A DNA stretch of 63,339 nucleotides, filler included, from Octopus bimaculoides (Eukaryota): the NCBI RefSeq assembly GCF_001194135.2. It is 8 parts of 6 records of this genome, joined end to end, with 100 filler letters (N's around TTAATTAATTAA, not from the genome) between each part and the next. Parts side by side here need not be neighbours in the genome. Positions count along the whole stretch, not along the records: positions 46,147 to 53,656 come from NC_068997.1; positions 53,757 to 57,368 come from NC_069007.1; positions 57,469 to 63,339 come from NC_068983.1; 5 more parts are not named here. The stretch is one strand, 5' to 3'. Below the pieces are notes generated by a model, which ran no database searches, was not told the origin of the DNA, and saw nothing but the letters and a program-made list of their open reading frames with translations. A program made the translations under genes and the position numbers. Shown piece after piece: positions 46,991-59,032 of the stretch. Every line of letters starts with the position of its first letter. Position 1 is the stretch's first letter.

Positions 46991-48519
46991 GATGTCACAC
47001 AGTGGGATGGAATCAAGAACCATGTTTGCATATCTTTGCATATATAATTAAAGGCATTCCACTTGTGACCAACCTGTCTTTATAAATCAATGACTATGTT
47101 ATATAGTGTGTCCCTTCATGGAGACTGATAATAATGGTGGCGGGAATGATGGAGTTGGTGGAGATGATGGTGGTGGTGGTAGTCATTCTGCTCCTAGTTT
47201 TCTACCCTCCTCCTTGCCCCCTCCCTTCCTCCTTCCAATCAGTTAGTTGGAGTGGTGGAGGGGAGGTTCAGTGGAACGGACTATAGTATTTGGTGGGTGT
47301 TGGGTGGGTGGGTAGGTGCATGAGAGGTGTGGACAAGGAAAAGAGGTTCTGAGAACCTCTAAAGATGGGGACCAGCTGTTAAGAAAGTTTGATGGAGAAA
47401 AGTCAAAAGAAAACAAATTGGGGTTGGTGGTGGTGGTGGTGGTGGTGGTTGTGTGTGTGTGTGTGTGTGTGTGTGTGTNNNNNNNNNNNNNNNNNNNNNN
47501 NNNNNNNNNNNNNNNNNNNNNNNNNNNNNNNNNNNNNNNNNNNNNNNNNNNNNNNNNNNNNNNNNNNNNNNNNNNNNNNNNNNNNNNNNNNNNNNNNNNN
47601 NNNNNNNNNNNNNNNNNNNNNNNNNNNNNNNNNNNNNNNNNNNNNNNNNNNNNNNNNNNNNNNNNNNNNNNNNNNNNNNNNNNNNNNNNNNNNNNNNNNN
47701 NNNNNNNNNNNNNNNNNNNNNNNNNNNNNNNNNNNNNNNNNNNNNNNNNNNNNNNNNNNNNNNNNNNNNNNNNNNNNNNNNNNNNNNNNNNNNNNNNNNN
47801 NNNNNNNNNNNNNNNNNNNNNNNNNNNNNNNNNNNNNNNNNNNNNNNNNNNNNNNNNNNNNNNNNNNNNNNNNNNNNNNNNNNNNNNNNNNNNNNNNNNN
47901 NNNNNNNNNNNNNNNNNNNNNNNNNNNNNNNNNNNNNNNNNNNNNNNNNNNNNNNNNNNNNNNNNNNNNNNNNNNNNNNNACCACTGCAACAACATTCAG
48001 AAGAAAAAACGAAAAAAAGATGAAGGATTGGATGGAAAGGAAGACAATAAAAGAGAAAAAACAAACAAAAATAAAATTTAAAATGTTAAGCAAAAAGTAG
48101 TGAAAAGTGTTAGTATTAATGAGCATCTGCAGTCGAGAGAAGGACTCTTCTTAACTGGATACATTTGTGCTGTGTAGGTGAGAAAAATAGGGACAACTGC
48201 TAAGGCGACACACATACATACATACAGATACATTCATAGCTGCATGTGCACATACACAGATACATGTCTTCAATATAGCATGTAACATATCCACACACAC
48301 ATGTGTGTAGTACATTGAATGAAGACGTGACAGCATTTGAGCTTTTTGGGTTTTTTTTTTACTCTTTTTTTCTCTGCTAAATGCTTTCTATATTTTGTTA
48401 TTAGTTCTTTACAGTTAGATCGGAACAATTATGTTCTGAACTCTGTAACGTTTAAAGACCTTCTTGACTTCTGTCAGCTGAATGAAATTATTCTAGTGAC
48501 CCATACCTGCTGCATTCTG

Positions 48520-49355
48520 GGATCTATTTCAAAACGGGGGCACCAGTTTTCATTTATGTTTTATGTAGTGTTTTTGGTACCGAAAGACTTTCNNNNNNNN
48601 NNNNNNNNNNNNNNNNNNNNNNNNNNNNNNNNNNNNNNNNNNNNNNNNNNNNNNNNNNNNNNNNNNNNNNNNNNNNNNNNNNNNNNNNNNNNNNNNNNNN
48701 NNNNNNNNNNNNNNNNNNNNNNNNNNNNNNNNNNNNNNNNNNNNNNNNNNNNNNNNNNNNNNNNNNNNNNNNNNNNNNNNNNNNNNNNNNNNNNNNNNNN
48801 NNNNNNNNNNNNNNNNNNNNNNNNNNNNNNNNNNNNNNNNNNNNNNNNNNNNNNNNNNNNNNNNNNNNNNNNNNNNNNNNNNNNNNNNNNNNNNNNNNNN
48901 NNNNNNNNNNNNNNNNNNNNNNNNNNNNNNNNNNNNNNNNNNNNNNNNNNNNNNNNNNNCTGTTAACCCTAACCCTAACCCTAAAACTAACCCTAACTCT
49001 AGAATCCGAACTCTAAAATTGTTACACACATAGATACGCACAGCGTAATTTATTATATAAACAATATATGCGTATAAATTACGATTACACCAGATGAAAT
49101 ATGTCACAGGGAATAACATTTTTATGACCGCCCAGCAGTAACTCTATTCAGCTGAATAGACGTCAGTGATTGGTTGAAATTACAGAAATACGACAACTTT
49201 AACATGGAATAACTTGCGATGTACGTTTTTTTTGTTAAGAAGACTAAGAGTAAAAGATGTTTTATATGACACATTCTACCAGTATCCCAAGTTTCAAAGT
49301 GTTTTGTTAGTGTTTCGTTAAGAAAATACTGGTGCCCCCGTTTTGAAATAGATCC
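48520..49355. mobile_element. Non-autonomous DNA transposon, 28-bp perfect TIR, 8-bp TSD, containing telomere-like hexamers
   Basis: TIR GGATCTATTTCAAAACGGGGGCACCAGT at 48520-48547 and 49328-49355. TSD GCATTCTG at 48512-48519 and 49356-49363. Confidence 0.92.
48964..49001 (+). repeat. Interstitial (CCCTAA)n telomere-like tract next to a gap
   Basis: TAACCCTAACCCTAACCCTAAAACTAACCCTAACTCTA. Confidence 0.8.
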
Positions 49356-49519
49356 GCATTCTGTAGTAAGCAACAAAGGATTATGAGAGCATTCTTGTAA
49401 CTAATAAAATCATCATTGCCAGATTAAAAATTCTTTAATGGAGAATTCTTGTTCACAATCAGAAGTTAACCATTAACCCTCAAGTATTTAGACTACTTCG
49501 TCCAATGTAATACTTATTA

Positions 49520-49770
49520 TTCTTTTATTCTTTTATTCTTTTACTTGTCTCATTCATTTGACTGTAGCCACCTTAAAGGGCGGAGCATCACCTTAAAAGG
49601 TTTTTTTAGTCATAGAAATTGACCTCAGGATTTATTCTTTGTAAGCCTAGTATTATTCTATCAGTCTCTTTTGCCAAACCACTAAGTTACAGGGACGTAA
49701 ACACATCAACATCGGTTGTCAAGTAATGGTGGGGGTGGGTGGACAAACATAGACACAAAGACACACACAC

Positions 49771-49801
<31 letters not shown>

Positions 49802-50690
49802 NNNNNNNNNNNNNNNNNNNNNNNNNNNNNNNNNNNNNNNNNNNNNNNNNNNNNNNNNNNNNNNNNNNNNNNNNNNNNNNNNNNNNNNNNNNNNNNNNNN
49901 NNNNNNNNNNNNNNNNNNNNNNNNNNNNNNNNNNNNNNNNNNNNNNNNNNNNNNNNNNNNNNNNNNNNNNNNNNNNNNNNNNNNNNNNNNNNNNNNNNNN
50001 NNNNNNNNNNNNNNNNNNNNNNNNNNNNNNNNNNNNNNNNNNNNNNNNNNNNNNNNNNNNNNNNNNNNNNNNNNNNNNNNNNNNNNNNNNNNNNNNNNNN
50101 NNNNNNNNNNNNNNNNNNNNNNNNNNNNNNNNNNNNNNNNNNNNNNNNNNNNNNNNNNNNNNNNNNNNNNNNNNNNNNNNNNNNNNNNNNNNNNNNNNNN
50201 NNNNNNNNNNNNNNNNNNNNNNNNNNNNNNNNNNNNNNNNNNNNNNNNNNNNNNNNNNNNNNNNNNNNNNNNNNNNNNNNNNNNATATATTTGATGGGCT
50301 TCTTTCGGCTTCTTATTTCTTTACTACCCACAAGGGGCTACACACAGAGGGGACAAACAAGGCCAGACAAATGGATTAAGTCAATTATATCGACCCCAGT
50401 GCATAACTAATACTTATTTAATTGACCCCGAAAGGATGAAAGGCAAAGTCGACCTCGGCGGAATTTGAACTCAGAACGTAGCGGCAGACGAAATACCGCT
50501 AAGCATTTCGGCCGGTCTGCTAACGTTTCTGCCAGCTCCCCGCCTTCTTTCAGTTTCTGTCAACCAGATCCACTCACAAGGATTTGATCAGCCCAAGGCT
50601 CTAGTAGAAGACACTTGCCTAAGTTGCCATACAGTGGGACTGAACCCAGAACCATATGGTTAGGTAGCCAGCCTCTTACCACACAGCCAC
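49520..50690 (-). mobile_element. SINE-B split by a gap and by a nested SINE-C
   Basis: 3' half at 49520-49800, 5' half at 50293-50308 plus 50545-50690. Confidence 0.85.
50309..50544 (-). mobile_element. SINE-C (tail type 3) nested in SINE-B
   Basis: Tail TCCCCTCTGTGTGTAGCCCCTTGTGGGTAGTAAAGAAATAAG. TSD TTCTTTC(G/A)G at 50300-50308 and 50545-50553. Confidence 0.88.
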
Positions 50691-51168
50691 AACTATTCAC
50701 ACTTATAAAATTAATCCTGTATTATCTTGTAGCTTTGAGATTTTGAAGATGTGATTGTTTATATCTAGAATGACATTGGAGGTAGGTGTGAAAGTCTGGA
50801 ACTGGCCAGTTTGAACATTAAATAGGTAGAATATTTGGGCCAGATATACTCAGTTTAAATGCTAAAGGGTTAAACAATATTGTTCCTCTTGTTGCTTACC
50901 AGAAAATGTGTCAATAATGTATTACCATTATCATTTCATTCTGATGATGAAGATGAGGTAGTTTTGAAAAGGGAATGAACTTGGAAATACTGTTGTTCTA
51001 AACTTATCCAAAAGGGGTTAGAATGGGAGGGAAGGGTTATTTTATGAGAGAGAGAGAGAGTCGTTGTTGGTCAGATTAGTGACCTCTATAGGAACTCTGA
51101 CAATGGCAGTATTCACACACATATCAGTAAATGCACATACTTAAACAGGCATACAAAGAGTAGGACAT

Positions 51169-51213
<45 letters not shown>

Positions 51214-51269
51214 CACATATTGGGAACTTTGGTATCAATGTGCATGTTTTCATATCCTTCATTTTTATC

Positions 51270-51830
51270 ATTTACTTGTTTCAGTCATTAGACTGAGGCC
51301 ATGCTGGGGCACCACTTTGAAGAACTTTTGTCGAATGAATTGAACTCAATACTTATTNNNNNNNNNNNNNNNNNNNNNNNNNNNNNNNNNNNNNNNNNNN
51401 NNNNNNNNNNNNNNNNNNNNNNNNNNNNNNNNNNNNNNNNNNNNNNNNNNNNNNNNNNNNNNNNNNNNNNNNNNNNNNNNNNNNNNNNNNNNNNNNNNNN
51501 NNNNNNNNNNNNNNNNNNNNNNNNNNNNNNNNNNNNNNNNNNNNNNTAGCAGTTGACTATGATGCTGCTACACCAGTCATAGGGTATGACTCCTTCGTGT
51601 ATCACCTGGTTCGTAATACGGGTGACTAGGCTATAGCCAACACTGCCAGATATATATATATATATATACAATGGTCTTCTTTCAATTTTCGTCTACCAAA
51701 TCCACTCACCAAGCTTTGGTCAGTCTGGGGCTATAGTAGAAGATACTTGCCCAAAGGTGCCATGCAGTGAGACTGAAACTGAAACCATGTAGTAGATAAG
51801 CAAACTTCTTAGCTCTCAATTATGCTTGTA
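51270..51830 (-). mobile_element. SINE-B halves either side of a gap
   Basis: 3' end at 51270-51357 and 5' half at 51670-51830. Confidence 0.75.
51547..51648 (-). mobile_element. RTE-like LINE RT fragment
   Basis: GSVGYSLVTRITNQVIHEGVIPYDWCSSIIVNC matches the IP.DW..S.IV motif upstream of RTE RT. Confidence 0.7.
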
Positions 51831-52014
51831 CCTTTGCTATCTACAGCTAAGTATGATGATGGCATATGTATCGTGAGAGATACAAATGAAGTCGTTGATT
51901 GAAAATAACTTTATACTAACATTAACATTTCAGCTTAACTTTAGCATTAACTTATGCTATAACCCTACCCCCATTCTCACATATAAATAAGGAACAAGAC
52001 AGGGAGCACTCCAG

Positions 52015-52050
<36 letters not shown>

Positions 52051-52184
52051 ACATATACACACACTCTCACAAGCTACTGCATGCAAACACACAAACAACA
52101 AATGTGTACAAATGCACAGTGAGACAGCGTTCTTGTAGATACAAAATATCTATAGTGAAATACTTTCTAAATTTTTATCCATAA

Positions 52185-52415
52185 GGCACCTGCGTCAGTG
52201 ACACAGTTAAAAAGCACTCATTACACTCTGTTAAGTGACTGGTGTTAGGAAGAGGATCCAGCCATAGGAACCAAACCAAAACAGAAGACTGGAGTCTAGT
52301 GCAGCTCTCTGGCTTACTGGTCCCAGTCAAACCCATGCTAGCATGGAAAACGGATGGTAAATGATGATGATGGTGATGATGACTAATAATGAAGATGATG
52401 AAGTTGATGTTAATG
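52185..52415 (+). mobile_element. SINE-D
   Basis: AAAAAGCACTCATTACACTCTG...GTTAGGAAGAGGATCCAGCC...CATGGAAAACGGATGGTAAATGATGATG. Confidence 0.78.
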
Positions 52416-52789
52416 ATACATGGGAAATCTTATGTGTAAAATAAGCATTAGTTACAAACAGGTATCCACCCTTATAAATGAGACCATAGAATAATACAAA
52501 AATAATTTCACCCACACAGATACAACAGGTGCATCACCCACTAAACATACACAAACAACACATATCATAGACTGCAAGAACCAGACAAACTCTAGTTACA
52601 GAATGGATGAATATGCCATTAAAAAATAACTAAAAAAAAAAAAAGTAACATCCTGCATCCCACAAACTCCCAAACTCCTAGTTACACTTTATTAGAAAAC
52701 CACCAGAATGCAAAACTGTCTCATCAATATAAAATTAAAACTAGCAAACCATAGAATACACATAACTTTGGATAGTCAATGTAATATTC

Positions 52790-52990
52790 ATTATCATCAT
52801 CATCATCATCATTTAATGTCTGTTTTCCATGCTGGTATGGGTTGGACGGTTTGACAGGAGCTGGCCAGCTGCACTAGGTTCCAATAGTATGTTTTGGTAG
52901 GGTTTCTATGGCTGGATGCCCTTCCTAATGTCAACCACTTCACAGAGTGTACTGGGTGCCTTTTTTTACATGGCATCAACATGGGGTCTG
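52790..52990 (-). mobile_element. SINE-D
   Basis: (ATC)n, GTCTGTTTTCCATGCTGG, GGCTGGATGCCCTTCCTAATG. Confidence 0.82.
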
Positions 52991-53286
52991 TCCGTCCGTC
53001 TGTCATAACATACATGTGCAAACAGGAAAAAAGAGGACGAATCAAAGGGATAACCCCTGTCAGAATGTATATTTATGAAAATGGAAGGTGAGGAGAAAAA
53101 GTTGTTGTTCTTGAGAGAGAAATATGGTGAGAGTGTGCATGAAAGATAAATAGATAGGTAGTGTTGTCATCATAGTAACTAACAAGTTTTGACTAAAAAC
53201 ATGGAGAATTTTATGTGTAAGTTTGTCAACAACAAATATTTTTACTGGCAGTGTAGTGACGGGTCACAACCCAGTTTTATATAGAA

Positions 53287-53377
53287 CTAGCAGAAATACC
53301 CGGCGTTGCCCGGGTTAAAGTGAATAATGAAATCTAAAAACGTCGTCTAGACTACGCATCATCTTTATATATAGAGA
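53287..53377 (-). mobile_element. Minimal 91-bp non-autonomous Helitron
   Basis: Minus strand A|TCTCTATATATAAAG...ACCCGG-GCAACG-CCGGGT-ATTTCTG-CTAG|T has 5' TC, a subterminal hairpin, 3' CTAG, an AT target and no TSD. Confidence 0.85.
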
Positions 53378-53756
53378 TGTATATACACACACGTATATAT
53401 ATGTATATCAATATAAATATATGAAAGTCAATGAAGTTTCGTAAAAGAAGGTGATCATGTACATACTTTCTTGCTGTTGTGATTATAACACCTCGTTGTA
53501 AACAATGTTCCTTGTTTTCCCTTGTGGAGCATATACAAATAGGTTTTTTTTGCTGCCCACTCTTGAGCAGCCAACATACAGTTGTCCATGTGAGAAGCAG
53601 GGCTCTTCCAAGAGAAGACCAGCTACAGACAGTGTTTGACCCTAAGATTTGTTTATNNNNNNNNNNNNNNNNNNNNNNNNNNNNNNNNNNNNNNNNNNNN
53701 TTAATTAATTAANNNNNNNNNNNNNNNNNNNNNNNNNNNNNNNNNNNNNNNNNNNN

Positions 53757-53860
<104 letters not shown>

Positions 53861-54207
53861 GACATATATATATATATATACATATATATATAAAGGAAAA
53901 ATCCAGGGGAATAATTACAAGGAGGCTAAATGTTGCCTAAATGTCCCATGATCTAAATCCCTTTCCGAATCTTTCTCTACGTCTTCTTCTCTCACAATAT
54001 CTTGTTTGTTTCGATTGCGTCATTTTAAATTCCTAATGTCCCCTGTTTATATGTAAGTATTTTGTGAATGAACAATAACGTATATGTGCTTAAGTAAGTG
54101 TGTGTATGTGTATACCGTTATGTGCTTGGGTCTGTCGATGTTTTGGGATATGTACGCTCTTGTGCATGTATGTATGATCGTTTGTTTATGTGTATAAGTA
54201 TGTGAAT

Positions 54208-54888
54208 GCAAGGAGGAAAGGCAAAATCAACCTCAGTGGAATTTGAACTCAGAACACAGTGACAGACAAAATGTCATTAAGCATTTCACCCGGTGTGCTA
54301 ACAATTCTGCCAGCCTGCTGCCTTAATCCTAATAATAATGGTTTCAAATTTTGCCAGAAGGGTAACTATTTGGAGGGAGGGGGGATAGTCAATGTAATTG
54401 ACCCAGTATACAACTGGTACTTATTTTATTGATTTTGCAAGGAGGAAAGGCAAAGTCAACCTCGGTGAAATTTGATCTCAGAGCGAAACAACGGGTGAAA
54501 TACCCCTAAGCATTTTATCCAACATGCTAATGATTCTGCCAGCTCACCGCCTTCATTGATTTCAAATGTTGGTACAAGGCCAGCAATTTCAGGAGAAGAG
54601 ATGTGTCAATTACATTGACCCCAGCATTTAAGAGGTGTCCCAGTTTTCCGCCTCAATCATAATAATAATAATAATGGTTTCATATTTTGCCACAAGAGCA
54701 GCAATTTCATGGAAGGGGATGAGCTGGTTACATCCACCCCAGTATACAACTGGTACTTATTTTATCAAGCACAAAAGGATGAAAGGCAAAGTCGACCACT
54801 GCGGAATTTGATCGCAGAACGTAGCAACAGGTGAAATACCGCTAAGTATTACACCCAGCATGCTAACGATTCTGCCAGCTCACCACCT
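54208..54888 (-). mobile_element. Stack of four co-oriented SINE-C copies or fragments
   Basis: Copies at 54208-54324, 54331-54553, 54557-54630 and 54661-54888, all minus strand with tail type 2 where present. Confidence 0.85.
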
Positions 54889-54894
54889 TAATTA

Positions 54895-55449
54895 TGATAT
54901 AAGAAGGAATATATTCACAGACACGACAGAGCTGGGACCTATATACACTGGAAGCTATGCTAACACTATGGAATAACAACAGAAAAAAGATGGTATAAAC
55001 ACACGCCAGAAAAGAACACAGAAAATGAGAAAGCAACCATACTCTGGGATATGTCAATACACACAGATAGAGAAATTAAGGTCAATAGACCAGATATAGT
55101 TGTCAAAGATCATGAAGAAAAAAAATGCTTTCTAATTGATGTATCAATACCAGCAGATNNNNNNNNNNNNNNNNNNNNNNNNNNNNNNNNNNNNNNNNNN
55201 NNNNNNNNNNNNNNNNNNNNNNNNNNNNNNNNNNNNNNNNNNNNNNNNNNNNNNNNNNNNNNNNNNNNNNNNNNNNNNNNNNNNNNNNNNNNNNNNNNNN
55301 NNNNNNNNNNNNNNNNNNNNNNNNNNNNNNNNNNNNNNNNNNNNNNNNNNNNNNNNNNNNNNNNNNNNNNNNNNNNNNNNNNNNNNNNNNNNNNNNNCAC
55401 AGAGCTGCGCTCGGTAGTGAAGTGAAAGCACGTTATAAAAATAAAACTA

Positions 55450-55499
<50 letters not shown>

Positions 55500-55500
55500 T
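54895..55500 (+). mobile_element. Dong/R4-like LINE 3' part with (AAT)n tail
   Basis: YKKEYIHRHDRAGTYIHWKLC*HYG...ENEKATILWDMSIHTDREIKVNRPDIVVKDHEEKKCFLIDVSIPAD is the RLE endonuclease (RPD...D). The 3' UTR and (AAT)n follow the gap. Confidence 0.9.
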
Positions 55501-56214
55501 GATGATGATGACAATTTATAATTACTTCAGCTGTTGCCGACCCACTGCTGCGTAACATTAACCATTTTCAAGAAAATATTTAAATCAGAAAATTTAAGCC
55601 ATTAGAATGGATATTTGAGACTTCAAACAATGAATTTTCATGACATCAGCAACACATGTTGTTATCTACTTGTATTGTATTTAATAACTGAGAAGTTAAC
55701 ACATAAGTCAATGTAATCTTAGGTACACTTATCCCTGCATGATGTAAGAGGTGACATAAAAGTGGATTGGTGACAGGAGGGGCTTTCAGCTATACAACAG
55801 TGTCCCCACCAAAAGGGATCATAATTACTAATATTAGATTGTTGTGGGGTTCATAGAGCCAGCCCCTATTTTAGCAGAGAGGATGCCCTTAAAATGTTTA
55901 ATTGATTTGGTGTCTCAGATATTTTGTGCTTAAAAAAGTAAAAAAAGATGGAAAAGTTATGGGTGGGATGTCTGATATGTGTATATATCTGTTATCTTTT
56001 AATTGTTCACTCATTGGCCTGTGGCCATGCTGGAGCATCACCCTGGAGAATTCTTAGTTGAATGAATCAACCCCAGTATTTTTTTAAGCCTGGTATTTAT
56101 TTATTTTATCAGTCTCTTTTGATGAACTGCTAAGTTATGGGGATGTAAACACACCAACACTGGTTGTCAAGTGGTGTTGGCAACAAACACAGACACAATG
56201 ATGCACAAACAAAG

Positions 56215-56815
56215 ATCATCATCATCCTTTAACGTCTGTTTTCCATGCTGGCATGGGTTGGACGGCTTGACTGGGCTGGCATGCTGGAAGGCTGCTCCAG
56301 TCTGATTTGGCATGGTTTTCTACAGTTGGATGCCCTTCCTAATGCCCACCACCTGAGAGCGTAATGGATGCGCTTACATGTCATTGGCACGGGTGCCATT
56401 TGCATGACACTGGGGTGCATTTACATGCATGACACCAGTATCTGCCACGACTGCGATTTTTCTCGGCTTGATGGGTCTTTTTCTCAAGAAAGACATAATG
56501 CCAAAGGTCTTGGTCATTGCCTCTGTGAGGCCCAACGCTCAAAAAGAACTCAGCCACTTTGCCTCTGTGAGGCCCAACGCTCAAAAAGAACTCAGCCACT
56601 TTGCCTCTGTGAGGCCCAACGCTCAAAAAGAACTCAGCCACTTNNNNNNNNNNGAACTCAGCCACTTTGCCTCTGTGAGGCCCAACGCTCAAAAAGAACT
56701 CAGCCACTTTGCCTCTGTGAGGCCCAACGCTCAAAAAGAACTCAGCCACTTTGCCTCTGTGAGGCCCGACATTCAAAAGATATCCTTTACATGCCACCAG
56801 CAAGGGTGCACTTAG
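56215..56815 (-). mobile_element. SINE-D carrying a 42-bp VNTR
   Basis: Family D tail and core, followed by tandem units. Confidence 0.8.
56520..56780. repeat. 42-bp minisatellite, at least 5 near-identical units
   Basis: Unit GCCTCTGTGAGGCCCAACGCTCAAAAAGAACTCAGCCACTTT. A 10-N gap lies inside the array. Confidence 0.92.
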
Positions 56816-57489
56816 CTTGACGGGTCCTATACAATGGACTTCTTTCAGCTTTTTCCTACCAAATCCACTCACAAGGCTTTGGTCTACCTGAAGCTATAAT
56901 AGAAGACATTTTCTTAAGGTGTTACACAAGGGGACTGAACCCAGAACCCTGTGCTGGGTAGCAAGCTTATGTTAATGTTTTGCTTAGGCATAATGATACT
57001 AATAACCCAATGTTAGAACTCAATATAGCTATACTGCAGAAGAAAGCATTGATCAAGTACAAAGTATAATACGAAATTAAATAGCTCTGACGAAGCTGTA
57101 AGGTGATGTGCAATCATTCAGTTTTGAATGTACTGTATCTTATAGCAGAATCAGCGATAAGCTAATGAAGCTCATTGAATAATTTCCTGTTCTTTTGTCA
57201 TTCATTTAATTTCATTGGCTTGTCCACCTAGCCATCAGGATGGCATCATTCAAAAGCTGCAGCAATGCAAGGAAGTGTATTGTGACCAGCGAGTATGACA
57301 GCATCAGGTAGTCAGTTGTAACAGGTGATACAGTGATTGATATAAATATATATATATATATATATATANNNNNNNNNNNNNNNNNNNNNNNNNNNNNNNN
57401 NNNNNNNNNNNNTTAATTAATTAANNNNNNNNNNNNNNNNNNNNNNNNNNNNNNNNNNNNNNNNNNNNATGAAGGGTAAGGGTAAAGAC

Positions 57490-57806
57490 CACGTTGAATG
57501 ACCATGGGATTGTACCTAGAAAGTTACCCTCCGAGGCACAAGTACAGGCATGGTTGTTTATGGAAGACCAGCAGCCACACATGCATACAAGCCTCCCTTT
57601 TCCACGTCACTGATATTGTCCAAAGGAAAGTCAAAGGCCAATACAGCTTGGCACCAGTGACTTCTGAACTCATTTCTACGGAAGAGTTAACTGGAGCAAC
57701 GTGAAATAAAGTATCTTGCCAAGAACACAACGCATAGTCCGGTCTGGAAATCAAACTCACTACTTCATGTTTGTGAGCCGATGAGCTAACCTCTGAGCCA
57801 TGCGCC
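57490..57806 (-). mobile_element. SINE-E
   Basis: Homologous along its length to 46186-46515. Head GGCGCATGGCTCAG. Confidence 0.85.
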
Positions 57807-58217
57807 TTCATAGATATATGTATACATATATACATATATGCATACATGTATACATGCGTACATACGTACATACATACATATATATANNNNNNNNNNAAAT
57901 ACATAGACAGACTGACAGAAAGACAGATAGTTCTAAAATAGCAATACAGTAAATATAGAATATGCTTAATACGGATATCCAGTATTCAGTATCTGTAGGC
58001 ATGAGACTTGTGTATAACCCGCAGGAACGCGACTATACGGAAGTGAAGAGGGATTGTTTGCTTCGTCTTTTTTAACGCTAATCAAGATCGCTTTCTCAAC
58101 TCTTCTCATTGAAAATATAAAGAGTCTATATTTTAACGTAAAGAAATTTAAATGATGGCTCTTGATGGACAGCCAGGTTTTAATAAAAATCCTTGCATGA
58201 ATATGTAAGTATATTTT

Positions 58218-58652
58218 TGGCACTCCGTCGCTTACGACGTCGAGGGTTCCAGTTGATCCCATCAACGGAACAACCTGCTCGTGAAATTAACGTGCAAGTG
58301 NNNNNNNNNNCCCATCAACGGAACAACCTGCTCGTGAAATTAACGTGCAAGTGGTTGAGCACTCCACAGACACGTGTACCCATAACGTAGTTCTCGGTGA
58401 TGTTCAGTGTGACACAGTGTGACAAGACTGACCCTTTGAATTACAGGCACAACAAAAACAGGTACAGGAAGAAAGAGTGAGAGAAACTTGTGGTGAAAGA
58501 GTACAGCAGGGTTCGCCACCACCCTCTGCCGGAGCCTCGTGGAGCTTTAGGTGTTTTCAATAAACATTCACAACGCCCCGGCCGGGGAATCGAAACCGCG
58601 ATCCTACGACCGCGAGTCCGCTGCCCTAACCACTGGGCCATTGCCCCTCCAC
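58218..58652 (-). mobile_element. SINE-A with a ~50-bp false duplication across a 10-N gap
   Basis: TSD GTAAGTATAT at 58205-58214 and 58653-58662. Confidence 0.9.
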
Positions 58653-59032
58653 GTAAGTATATACAATATATTTAATAAGTATACATTTAGCTTGATGTGA
58701 AAGTGCAACCTGTGAATAAAACACTGGAGTTGACCAGCCGGGTTACATTAGTTTTCATCTTTTAATTTCCTTGGAATCTGTTTATGGATTGTATTTTCTC
58801 AGAAAAACTATGTATGTTTATTCTTTGCGCTATTTTATGTTCTTCTTAAGATAATTCAAGCCAATCACTAACAAAGTTACAAAACTTTTGTGTTGAGAGA
58901 GTTCCTGGTGTTTCTAAATATGTGATTGAATGGATGTGTTTGTTAAACTTCGATGTCTGCTTTTATTCATCTAAAATCTCAGATGGAGTGTATTTGGAAT
59001 GTTCTTCAAATCTTCACTGTGCCAAATCTTAA

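Larger units (their letters stand above)
49477..50869. mobile_element. piggyBac-type MITE carrying nested SINEs
   Basis: TTAA-CCCTCAAGTATTTA ... TAAATGCTAAAGGG-TTAA (14-bp TIR, 3 mismatches). TTAA at 49473-49476 and 50870-50873. Confidence 0.7.
55990..56970 (-). mobile_element. SINE-B split by a SINE-D insertion
   Basis: 3' half at 55990-56200 and 5' half at 56838-56970. Confidence 0.78.

Noticed and set aside
48964-49001. True chromosome end
   Set aside because: The tract is short, degenerate and enclosed by transposon TIRs, with ordinary sequence on both sides.
56368-56872. Repeat-protein ORFs (LCLCEAQRSKRTQP)n or a CRISPR-like array
   Set aside because: The 42-bp unit is a multiple of 3 and so stays open by chance. 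Units are contiguous with no unique spacers and lie inside a SINE.
58251-58360. Internal 50-bp duplication in SINE-A
   Set aside because: Near-identical sequence on both sides of a 10-N gap and absent from the four other copies. It is a contig overlap artefact.
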